From positions 1-64,000 of the IMG/VR virus record IMGVR_UViG_3300045970_000591: a stretch of DNA of 64,000 nt; one strand, 5' to 3'. This DNA is from a virus. Positions 26,901-34,982 of this stretch are shown here, piece after piece; within the stretch, counting starts at the first letter, position 1, and the number at the start of each line of letters is the position of its first letter. Made by a program: the position numbers and the translations under genes. The notes under the pieces were generated by a model. It was given only the letters and a program-made list of their open reading frames with translations. It searched no databases and was not told the DNA's origin.

Positions 26901-29841
26901 GTGTTATGTATGATCTGTCAAGTTCTATATGAGGAATATATGTGCCATACGCGCCTACTTTTGTTGGAGTGGATGCAATATACGCGGGCAGTGCATCCTT
27001 ATATAGTATAATAGATACAGTCGATATTGTTGGATTTAATATATGTATGTTTATATCAGTGGCAGTGAATGTAACTGTATATTCTTCATCTATTAATAAT
27101 ATTCTTTCCTGCGACGATGTGTCATACACATACATAGCATTTTTAAAGTCAGTAAGATCTACTACTTCCGTGCCCGTTAATGATATAATGCCGGATATTG
27201 GCACCGATTTAGCAAGAGTAATAAAAGGAGTACCGTTTGCTAACATATACGAATATGCAAACGACTTAGAAAATTCTTTAGATATATTTACAGTCTTTAG
27301 TATCTCATCGACCCAAGAATTTATTGATATAGTGTTATTATGGTACTGAAGTGGGTCAAACTCTCTGTTAATAAGTTGCAATGCGGTGCTTAAATACTTA
27401 TTCTTAAACTTAGTATATTCATCTTGACTAAATCTAATGCCAGATATAATATCTAACTCCGGTGTAGATGAAATCAACATAGATTTAAGGGCCGGTGACA
27501 CATTTTGTAATATGTAGTTACCCAATGATACATTTTTATCGGAGTCCCTATAGTTTGTAGGTCCGCCAAATGCAGTGCCACTAAATGTGGGCTGATTTTC
27601 TATAATAGATGCAAAGTGTTTCGTTAAGTTGCTACCACTTATATAATATACTTCTTGCTGTGTTGGATTAGCTTCTAATGATTGTGGTATTTCAAAATAG
27701 CCAGTAGAGTTGTCGCTTAACAAATCGCGAGTATATGTTTGTAGTTCAACAATAGGTGCTACGGTCTGCGTAGTTAAAAATAGTGATGTTAGTTCCGTAG
27801 TTAAATCAACATATAAGGCACCGTTCACGTTTAGTATATATGTATCGGTATCTACGTCTGCTATAACTACCTCTGTGTCATTAATATGCACAGTAATATC
27901 GCCTACAGTGTTTCCTGCCTCATAGCCCAGTGGCGTAACACTTAACTTAAACTTAAACTCTGTACCATATCCTACTACATATCGATCTATTACTCTCTGT
28001 TTACTTTGACCAGCGAAAGTCTCACCCGACGACGGTACATTTGCGTTATATGGTGAATATAGATTCCACCCGTTTGACATAAAAGGTTTTTGTGTAGAGT
28101 TATAGTAATAATATCCCTCAATAGGTGTTAGTGCTGCACTGTATGTATATCTGTTTGTTAGGAGATTATTTTCGAATACAATATCTGATGCTTGACCTAA
28201 GGATGTATAAACGATTGGCAGATTCAATATAGGATCTGTGTATGCGCCCGATGTTGTATTTTCTTTATATGAAAATATTTTGCTGCCTGTAAACGAACTT
28301 GCAGGATATACTGTTGCATCGTCTAACGATATACCGTTATGATCATATAGTTGAAATAATGGTGGCTGATTAACTGTTGTCTTATCATTCACTGCTTGTG
28401 CCCATACAGTGCCGTTATAATACCATGTTTCACCTTTTTGTGCAGAATATTTATGAAGAGAATCTTTCGGTCCGTCTACTGTGACAAATACAATATCTCC
28501 GGTCATAATCGGTTCTGACCACGGGTCACCACCTAATACCTGATAAGGGGTAAATGTTACAACGCCTGCTGTAATGGTTGCAACAAATATAAAGTTACTC
28601 ATTGACAGATTACCTGCGTCCCATGTGTTAGGATCGTCCCACCCCGGGTCTCCAAGTAGACCGGGTAAATCACTATCCCAATAATCAACTGACGCAGTAT
28701 CGTTAAAGAAACAAACTAAATCACCTGTTGAAAATGTAATACCTAACGCCGCAATAACGCTCGCAGCATCAAGCCCGTTTATATCTTCGAATAATACAGG
28801 TGCATTGGCTAAGTTATTTGCTAAACCATATTGTATTTCTTGTCTAAACTGTGTTCCTGAGTTGTATAATATAAGGTCTGCACTAAACTGAATAATAGGA
28901 CGCACTGCCCTTGTGGCATTAAGTGGAAATGCGGCACCTATGGCATTTGTAGTCGCTGTGATAGCACCTATGTGAACCCATTTATTTGTTCTGGACCATG
29001 CATTTCTATCTGCTGAACCTCGCTCTATAGTTATATAATCTGTGTTGCCCGGTTGCGACTGAGTATCCCACGGGTTAGCATCCCATTTTGTATTATCTAT
29101 TATCCTACTTGTAACTAATGTTGTAGAAGAATCCCATGGCAAATATTCAAACAGTGTTCCAGATGTATAATCAGGAAATAGAGGAACCAATCTGATACCA
29201 CCTGTTAAGGTACTTGTACCCGGATACTCACGATATCCTACATTCTCAACAGTATATACATCCGGATATTTTACTGATCCTGCAAACTGTACTTGCATAC
29301 CTGTTGTTAGTGTTAGATTAAGTGGCGTTACGGCACCTAATAGGGCTGTATTAGCTGTAGTAAATGATGACCTCCCAATAACAAGCGTGTCTATTTCGTT
29401 GTCGGTCATGCCCACTATTTGTATTGTTTGCAGCCCGTGTTCAACCCAGAAATAGTTATTGTAGTTAATAAACATATCAACATCAATGGGCGGTGACCAG
29501 CTATAGTATTCTGTTTCAAATAATCTATCTTGATTTAATGTATTACCACCAACATAGTTTATTTTGTTTAACAGATCTTCATAAAAGAATATGTTAGACT
29601 TTGTGTTATCTGTATTCCGCGCAAACGCAGTCGCCTCGAGCTGCCACCATGTGCGGTTCTTGGTAGGTTCGGGCAAATAAAAATCTGTTACAGGGTTATG
29701 TTTATTAGGTACTCGACGACCCAAATATCCGTGTATACGATCGCTATCTTTTTTCGAAAATACCTGATCTACAGTAGCATCGAAAAACTTCTTCTCTGTT
29801 GTTGTTTGGAAAACTGCTGGCAGTTTCTTTATCATTTGCAT
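20953..29841 (-). CDS. Giant baseplate wedge / virion structural protein (2962 aa)
   Basis: Uninterrupted 8.9-kb ORF directly downstream of gp6 in the baseplate cluster. Confidence 0.8.
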   Translation of the reverse strand: MQMIKKLPAVFQTTTEKKFFDATVDQVFSKKDSDRIHGYLGRRVPNKHNPVTDFYLPEPTKNRTWWQLEATAFARNTDNTKSNIFFYEDLLNKINYVGGNTLNQDRLFETEYYSWSPPIDVDMFINYNNYFWVEHGLQTIQIVGMTDNEIDTLVIGRSSFTTANTALLGAVTPLNLTLTTGMQVQFAGSVKYPDVYTVENVGYREYPGTSTLTGGIRLVPLFPDYTSGTLFEYLPWDSSTTLVTSRIIDNTKWDANPWDTQSQPGNTDYITIERGSADRNAWSRTNKWVHIGAITATTNAIGAAFPLNATRAVRPIIQFSADLILYNSGTQFRQEIQYGLANNLANAPVLFEDINGLDAASVIAALGITFSTGDLVCFFNDTASVDYWDSDLPGLLGDPGWDDPNTWDAGNLSMSNFIFVATITAGVVTFTPYQVLGGDPWSEPIMTGDIVFVTVDGPKDSLHKYSAQKGETWYYNGTVWAQAVNDKTTVNQPPLFQLYDHNGISLDDATVYPASSFTGSKIFSYKENTTSGAYTDPILNLPIVYTSLGQASDIVFENNLLTNRYTYSAALTPIEGYYYYNSTQKPFMSNGWNLYSPYNANVPSSGETFAGQSKQRVIDRYVVGYGTEFKFKLSVTPLGYEAGNTVGDITVHINDTEVVIADVDTDTYILNVNGALYVDLTTELTSLFLTTQTVAPIVELQTYTRDLLSDNSTGYFEIPQSLEANPTQQEVYYISGSNLTKHFASIIENQPTFSGTAFGGPTNYRDSDKNVSLGNYILQNVSPALKSMLISSTPELDIISGIRFSQDEYTKFKNKYLSTALQLINREFDPLQYHNNTISINSWVDEILKTVNISKEFSKSFAYSYMLANGTPFITLAKSVPISGIISLTGTEVVDLTDFKNAMYVYDTSSQERILLIDEEYTVTFTATDINIHILNPTISTVSIILYKDALPAYIASTPTKVGAYGTYIPHIELDRSYITPINVIIGHDGSKTVAYGDYRDDLLLELEKRIYNLLQPKYRNQYSSPLRLENVKPGAFRDTGYSRDEYLEITQSYLNKWSAKNRANYRSNDINYVLGSEWKSYNYSSAINSAGAYLPGNWKGIYQYYYDTVRPNTHPWEMLGFTNQPSWWVTVYGTNYTSTNIGMWTDIEHGVIQQGPTAIFNPALTTHALPNPLWARPGLSSILPVDATGEIRTIADIFGITIASVQSPFDGFDNDWVYGDGGPVEQAWMATSEYAFSVQEFLFIMKPARFGELLWDTLGTEICYGNFTVAGVDTPVQSFADWQYVQNDVYTNADPTFAWMRPKNKFQYTHGEDIDNVIQLRFGYQRWISDRLLFLGIDVTSAFGNKVRTLDVNLANKFAGFTNKDTTAAYIESITPGASTTSLSIPSNNYTVVLHKGQPIKTYSYSGVIIRALENGKFVVYGYDLLNAEFIVLDRSNSQAFDVTIGGTPAPYKTYTAGDFYVVGEIVRYNGVYYYSRVDQTVTKFNIDTWQKLSALPITGGISVTHRPVSENTSTRVPYGTVLNNAQQVFDLLIGWGAYLETQGWSFNEVTPETNILSDWLYSAKQFLYWLNTSWAPDAAIQLSPAANSATLVVDAGYPNATETVSNGIYSTLDKYGVAITADRTSTERDGKSIKVSPVDLSSGGIYFLQVSAAETEHILIFDNSTSFSDVIYDPLLRARQHRLRFTGFRSNGWYGKMEAPGYLIIDNQMIPNYDSIVDAMRYYYDPDHTIDNTSLESLGRHLIGFENKEYLNNLQVEDDVQYLFYQGAIKQKGTVQSFDKLFRSTKVQSNETIEVYEEWALKMGNFGNTVEKVSTEFVVTPELNAGEVVIARLNFVASTVGTVKQINIFNAVTRYTTVPTIVIGMPDTTITGYRQAKAYVVLDSTGVISRVDMSDVGYGYTSAPTISITPTILSNPDVLYAVWQGEITHDTSAENIVDIDIDDTETWVERPTDPLISLVFPTTPVIDYTLPNAGYVNFNDVVYSSFDIANTVSKWGTTVFNPTINNTLWVAKTFTEDWGVYKLTDTVVTSWSVVGDAADNLLLLLPVGETITPQLSTSGTDFTDLGNMLCLQTITGSVVDATKNYAIMFSANGEYIHTDSITYNSYSLVDINGIPLTVTDIGTYAEFTNLLMFKSMRFSTAPISVPSHIVSGDKVWIDNPTGKWNVSTYNGIVFTKYREQEALINTSLFENAQIFYRVVETRISQLPVYDPFKGILPGTAKQNISYMLLRDPARYNVSADTRLYSPNIIFGEQQVGKLWWDLSDVRYVYYEQPIAIDETPTDSLLYRRQYWGSIMPGSAISIYEWTKSSVPPADYAGAGTPKSTTDYVQLVTTNKFTNISEIHYYFWVKNTTTKPNIENRTMTATDVAGMLLSPKSQNFSYFTPIQQTANNNSYMFYNATEILSYQGNNVSVNYYLTDRDDQKHTQWSFIRENDTRSFVADRFWNKMVDSLCGYTKELPISNEWSDSIEYNGKEVLPVPATTLGEDERYGIDYRPRQTMFVKLQTARKIFVQSANALLQHIPVYDLNANWATDVGLTTNTYWKYTTWYLTGFENVTPTKVFATQYDADVALSSNLLRTGDIVEVTAGTSRGYILYNVQEISATSSTQSWQKVGEELGAIALLDTIYTTNNVYALSVELRLILSALRTTVFVNKYIVDQNILFVAMINYVMSEQNHPDWVFKSSYIYIKENNMPLSQDAWYISDQITNIIDYITDVKPYHTQIRDYTSTNTVTNIAECLVSDTTKFKITVAMGPSYSEPLAPGVWDAAGVAPWDAIAWDIIPTPGYTYDTTPAPATANDRSTDSIKWIKVITKLPVLRQDNRYYPLAPYNETVSDVDPLMSAAVNAWLLTSPGGSYGTGWFANYDATRVGTVEILPICITYVQAVSSNGTRTYYRNSITGDAFSYAGTDTTLWNTAGDIVGSLDTLDWDTDDWDVYIDTAGGLWYSATPEAEFLKASPTIL

Positions 29842-29898
29842 TATGTATGGTCCAGTTTATATCTATCTTATGTATTTATGCTATATGAAAATACCATA

Positions 29899-32800
29899 TT
29901 ATATCCGCAAGTTAGCATTGGTAAGATTTGATATAAGCTGCACATTATTTACTGTAGCAGTCGACATAAACAGTTGATTAGCACTTGCTGCAATCTCAAA
30001 TAAGTTACCAAACTGCGATCCCGCATTAGACGGCACAATCACAACAGAACTAATAAGTCTCGATAGTTGTTGATGTATAAATGCTGCTAATTCTGTGTAG
30101 AAGAATTTTTCACCAAAATCCCAGTTCCTTATATCAAAATAAGCATCAATGGCATCCACTACGCGAGTTTTAATTTCGTTATCGCTTACGCTCGTTGATG
30201 GCGATTTAACTACCTTGAATGTGCATTGCAATTCTGTTGCCGCCTGTGGGCCAAATAATATTTTGAATTCACCCGAGTTCCATATCATAGAATCACTAAC
30301 CATTTTATATTGTTCTAAGTCTTGGAACTGAATTCTTAATTCTTCAGTAGTAGGAGCAGCAGGCAATGTCGACAAACTACCTGCAACATTCTTCCATATT
30401 AACATATCTCTATAATAGCTATTTGTTATGGCAATCATATCTATGATATTTGTAACGGCAGGATCTATTCTTTGGTCGATAGGTGCATAATGATTCCACT
30501 TATAATATAATGGGAGTTGATTTACCGCAAGCATGTTTTGTGTAAATATCTTTCCATTTTTATCATAGTATCTTGTATCTTTTACCTTTGTGATCTTACC
30601 TGACGGATAAGTTCCTGTATCGGGGTTATATGCAAACTCAAATGTATAAAATTCGCCATAGCCGGGTTTTGCTCCATTTATAAGGAATGTTTTACTTATG
30701 AAACTGTTATTAACGATATACAGTTTATTTGTCATAGGACTATTGTAGAAGAAATCATTTAATGCATCTGCTATATTATCTAACTGTGATATGATAGGAA
30801 TAAGCATCAAATCGTAGTTATCCAAATATACAACGGGTGGCACAACACCTGATGATGTTGTTATTGAGGGGCCGGAATCAGATATGTTAGTTGACGACGG
30901 GGCGAACGGAAAGTCTACTGTCATTGTGCCTGTAAATGGCGGTATTGGATCTGCCGGCGGTGCAGGTTGTGCCGGCACAAGTTCCATGTTCCATCTTGCT
31001 ATCCACGGTCTTGTGCTTTGATAACCGGTCACTTCGTTTGTATAATATTCGAATACAACTCTATTATCGGCGCCGACGATTTTATCAAACCCTGTAGGGT
31101 CATCAGCTATACCATCATTGTTATTATCTATCAAGGATACTTCTACTTTTGACGAATCAACATATCCGTCGTCTTGTAAAAATATATCAGTTATATTAAA
31201 GTTTACAGCAGTGCTTAAAAATGCAGTAGACGGAGTAATAACCGAATCTATATTATTATCTACGGTGCTATTTGTGTTTACATACGGCATGATTTGAATA
31301 ATATCTTGTAATGCTTGCCCTGTTGTACTATCAACCACAATCTGGTTAGGTTCCCAATAAAACCGAGTATCTTTGTATGACTCGAAAACGTATGATCTAC
31401 CGCGTGCAGTTATATCGTATACCGAGGTTGTTAAGGTTACCGAAGTTATATTAACAAAAACTAACCCACCCGAATCAGCGTTCCAGTTTGATACGTACGA
31501 TGATATAGATGGTGCAGGGTACACAAATGCGTTGTTATATGCAGGAGATACAGACATACTGGTAGATGTATTCCACGTATCTGATATTAAATCGTAGTAC
31601 ATCCAAAAAGACATGCCTGCAGATATACGAGCATTAATGTTTATTCTTTCATCCGAAGTAAGTGTTGATCTAAATGCAGGACATATTTTTACTGCTTGGT
31701 TATTATCAGGTACTTCTGCACCTAACTCAACAGAACCCACAGTAGCATATGCTGCCGACGGATCAAGCACAAGCAACTCGCCTGCCTGAAGTACATGGAT
31801 TACAGGAACACTAACCTTAGGAGAAATACCGTTCCATACATGAGTGGTAGGGTCAACGCTTGCAAACTCAACAGCGGCACCGTCTTTTATAAATCCCCAC
31901 GGATTACTTGGTAAAGAGTTAATAAGAAGAGTATAGTCAGCTGATGCAAAATCACTACCAAAATATCCTGTGTCGTTTTTAAACTTTGTAGGTGCAGTTT
32001 TCCAATATAAGTGATCGGGGTTAGATGCAAGGTCGAGCATAGAGTATCCCAATGGTTGCACCTTAGCTTCAAACTGTGTTAGATATTCATCATAGAAGAA
32101 TGTTGAAGCTTTTTTATCTCGTAACATTTCTTGTATTGTGTCTATTATTGTTGTTGCTATTGTACCTTGATTTCCAGCATCCGATGTTAAACTTTGCAGT
32201 ATGTTTTGATCGTCTCTATACAATGCACCGTCTTGACCCAATATAGTTAAATCTTTATGGAACCCCGTAGGATCATTTAAGTCAATATACCTGCTTTGGC
32301 CACTGTATGTTCTGTCAAGTGCCTGCACTTTAAGAAGTTGATTTCCATACACCAACGGTAATACATTATAGTCGCTGCCATTTACCATTCGGGACTGTGT
32401 AGAAAATACCTCAGGGGCACGAAGCTTTATCTGTTCGTCTGTTTCTGACGCTGCTGCATTACCTATTGTCTGTTCTAAGTTGAACACCACTGACATTGTG
32501 TATCTTTGGCCATCCACACCTACATAAGGAATAGATAGCTGTAATCCACGGGCGTTGTCTGGCCTAATAATGATTGCTTGATTTGCACTTGTGCGAACCC
32601 ATGTTCTAAACAGTCCAGTAGGTACGTTACCAAAGTTACCGTCAGCAAACCTAATAGTAACCGTGTCGTTTGCACCAGTTATAACATCAAATACATTTCT
32701 CTGTGAAAAGTGTATGCTATTGTAAATAATGTTTTCACCCGACAGAGCAGGCACTTTAATCCATTTGTTTATAACATTACCTGATTGATCTGTTTCCTGT

Positions 32801-33678
32801 ACATACACATCATCTTGGTTAATATTCTGTATATCTATCGGGAATAACCTATTAGGCATAGGGAATTCAAAGTTGGCATCTACATTCATTAGCGTGCCTT
32901 GTTTGAAGAACAAGAAGAATCCTGTGTTTGCAGATGATACACCTAAGCTATCATTTCTGTATATGAAGTTGAATGCATTAGCAGGGTCAGGATCTCTTTC
33001 AAATATTGTTTGATTTGTTACAAAATCTGGATTGCATATATCGATTGGATATTGTTGGCCTGTAATAGAAACTGTTGTAGGATATGTTACTGATAGGTTT
33101 CTAACATTATTCAACTGATACAAATCAGTAGGTATACTTCCTATAGAGCCACTCTTTGTTGGGCGGCCGAACGGATTAAGCGTATTGAATCCTGCGTTAC
33201 ATATTTGCACAAACTGGTCAAACCAGTTGTTATTGTTTGAGTCATTCCAAAATACAGCAGTATTAGAAATAGCTACTCCGTTAGCATCGACTAAGGGTTG
33301 GTCTGTTTGCACTGCTGCAATCTTAAATAAACCACTGGCAGAAATATTTCTACGCGGAACATAGTTAACCATTTGCGCTAAACGGATAATACTTTCCCTA
33401 CGTTCTGCTGTATCTATAAAGTTTTCTCTGCTATTCAAGTCTGTTCTAAATGCTAAACTTGTGCCGAGGTATGCCAACAGCTCTATTATAGCAATAAACT
33501 CTGAACTTTCAATATAATCATTAAAGTCTTCTGGATAATATGTCTGAATATAATTCACCATCGCTTGTTTAAGCGTGTCAAAATCATATGCTGTATAATC
33601 TATGTATTGATAGGATTTAAATACCTTCTTATAGTCTTCTGCCGAAAACAGATTGGTTGTTCTTACTGATCCGCTCAT
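29899..33678 (-). CDS. gp6: Baseplate wedge subunit, gp6-like (1259 aa)
   Basis: N-terminal DFDTLKQAM...DFND...ELLAY...RENFIDTAERRESI..LA..VNY motif of T4 gp6. Confidence 0.85.
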   Translation of the reverse strand: MSGSVRTTNLFSAEDYKKVFKSYQYIDYTAYDFDTLKQAMVNYIQTYYPEDFNDYIESSEFIAIIELLAYLGTSLAFRTDLNSRENFIDTAERRESIIRLAQMVNYVPRRNISASGLFKIAAVQTDQPLVDANGVAISNTAVFWNDSNNNNWFDQFVQICNAGFNTLNPFGRPTKSGSIGSIPTDLYQLNNVRNLSVTYPTTVSITGQQYPIDICNPDFVTNQTIFERDPDPANAFNFIYRNDSLGVSSANTGFFLFFKQGTLMNVDANFEFPMPNRLFPIDIQNINQDDVYVQETDQSGNVINKWIKVPALSGENIIYNSIHFSQRNVFDVITGANDTVTIRFADGNFGNVPTGLFRTWVRTSANQAIIIRPDNARGLQLSIPYVGVDGQRYTMSVVFNLEQTIGNAAASETDEQIKLRAPEVFSTQSRMVNGSDYNVLPLVYGNQLLKVQALDRTYSGQSRYIDLNDPTGFHKDLTILGQDGALYRDDQNILQSLTSDAGNQGTIATTIIDTIQEMLRDKKASTFFYDEYLTQFEAKVQPLGYSMLDLASNPDHLYWKTAPTKFKNDTGYFGSDFASADYTLLINSLPSNPWGFIKDGAAVEFASVDPTTHVWNGISPKVSVPVIHVLQAGELLVLDPSAAYATVGSVELGAEVPDNNQAVKICPAFRSTLTSDERININARISAGMSFWMYYDLISDTWNTSTSMSVSPAYNNAFVYPAPSISSYVSNWNADSGGLVFVNITSVTLTTSVYDITARGRSYVFESYKDTRFYWEPNQIVVDSTTGQALQDIIQIMPYVNTNSTVDNNIDSVITPSTAFLSTAVNFNITDIFLQDDGYVDSSKVEVSLIDNNNDGIADDPTGFDKIVGADNRVVFEYYTNEVTGYQSTRPWIARWNMELVPAQPAPPADPIPPFTGTMTVDFPFAPSSTNISDSGPSITTSSGVVPPVVYLDNYDLMLIPIISQLDNIADALNDFFYNSPMTNKLYIVNNSFISKTFLINGAKPGYGEFYTFEFAYNPDTGTYPSGKITKVKDTRYYDKNGKIFTQNMLAVNQLPLYYKWNHYAPIDQRIDPAVTNIIDMIAITNSYYRDMLIWKNVAGSLSTLPAAPTTEELRIQFQDLEQYKMVSDSMIWNSGEFKILFGPQAATELQCTFKVVKSPSTSVSDNEIKTRVVDAIDAYFDIRNWDFGEKFFYTELAAFIHQQLSRLISSVVIVPSNAGSQFGNLFEIAASANQLFMSTATVNNVQLISNLTNANLRI

Positions 33679-33687
33679 ATCTATCCT

Positions 33688-34110
33688 TTAATTTGTATTT
33701 TGTTTATCGTTCAAAGAAAACGTAACAAATAAACTGTCTCTTATTGCATCGGGTTGAAACAATAGAACCATACTAACCGTTAATGTCTGATCTTCCTGAT
33801 ATGTGTCTATGCTAACAAGCGATACTCTCGGATCACTTGACACAACTCTTGTCGCATCTTCTATGATTGCGCTCTTTGTATATTCGTCGAACGGGTCGAA
33901 CAAATATTCGTGAATTTTTGTGCCGAAAAACGGTAGCATAACGCGAGATCCCATAGGCGTAGCAAAGTGATTTTGTAAATCCCGCTTTACTATATCTACA
34001 TTTGTTAATGCATATGGCGGATTTATTTGATCAACCGTATTAAACCCCACGAAATAGGGCTTTCGTGTGATTTGCGTTTTTATTATTTGATTGCGTTGTA
34101 TAGTTGACAT
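33688..34110 (-). CDS. gp25: Baseplate wedge subunit, gp25-like
   Basis: DLQNHFATPMGSRVMLPFFGT..YLFDP...DPRV motif. Confidence 0.9.
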   Translation of the reverse strand: MSTIQRNQIIKTQITRKPYFVGFNTVDQINPPYALTNVDIVKRDLQNHFATPMGSRVMLPFFGTKIHEYLFDPFDEYTKSAIIEDATRVVSSDPRVSLVSIDTYQEDQTLTVSMVLLFQPDAIRDSLFVTFSLNDKQNTN

Positions 34111-34165
34111 ATAATTCTCTTTTTGTTATTTATCAGGAAAATTATATGATGTTTTTATAAAGACG

Positions 34166-34981
34166 TTATCCGTAGCTGTGCAGGCCCGGGCTATACTGAT
34201 TTCTGTACATAGTCATTATTTTTGACGCATCTGAAACAGGTCGATTACCCGACGGTTTGAAACTTAGGTGATACCATACAAGCCCTGTCTTATCACTATG
34301 TTCGTATATAAACTGGTCATATGGAATATTATCCTTAACCCATGCTGCATTTTCCCAGTATCTTGCATAAGTCCATCCAGCAAACTGAATGTCCATTGCT
34401 TGCCCTAATATGTGTTGGCTTACCTTGTCGGGTTTTGTTGATGATTTATTTCTGAGTGCAGAGTTTATATTAAGTGCACCAAACTTTGCACGCATTGGTT
34501 CTGCCACATTTATTGCGAGTGCTTTAAGACAGTTAAATCTGGCATCAATACTACCTTGCCCGGCATACAGAGGAGGCAACGAACCGGTGTAAGTAATCAA
34601 CTCATTTTTAAATACAGCATTTATTGTGAAATGTCTAACCTTGTAATTCGTGCTAAGTTGCTCGTCATAAGATCCCGACCATACAGTTGATGTTGTTGCA
34701 ACAGGCGGAACAACTCGCGGCGGCGTTACAACACTCTTGGTAGCAGGTGCCGATATAGGTGGCGGCAAGGTTGTCTGCATAGCCGGTTGAGCTGTAGCAG
34801 GTATCTGCACACCTGTTTTACTCTGCGTATTATTGCCGTTGGCAATATTTTCGTCGTGTTCGTCTAAGGTAGGATCTCCATTATCACTACTAACAGTGTT
34901 CACTAATTCAGCGGAGTTTTCAAAATCGCTTGTAGAAAGTGTTACTCCGCCTACCGTAATTGTTGGTGCTGTGCAAGCCAT
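34166..34981 (-). CDS. Peptidase M15-family (Zn endopeptidase) protein
   Basis: INSALR...SQH..GQAMD...WYHLS motif. Confidence 0.75.
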   Translation of the reverse strand: MACTAPTITVGGVTLSTSDFENSAELVNTVSSDNGDPTLDEHDENIANGNNTQSKTGVQIPATAQPAMQTTLPPPISAPATKSVVTPPRVVPPVATTSTVWSGSYDEQLSTNYKVRHFTINAVFKNELITYTGSLPPLYAGQGSIDARFNCLKALAINVAEPMRAKFGALNINSALRNKSSTKPDKVSQHILGQAMDIQFAGWTYARYWENAAWVKDNIPYDQFIYEHSDKTGLVWYHLSFKPSGNRPVSDASKIMTMYRNQYSPGLHSYG

Positions 34982-34982
34982 A

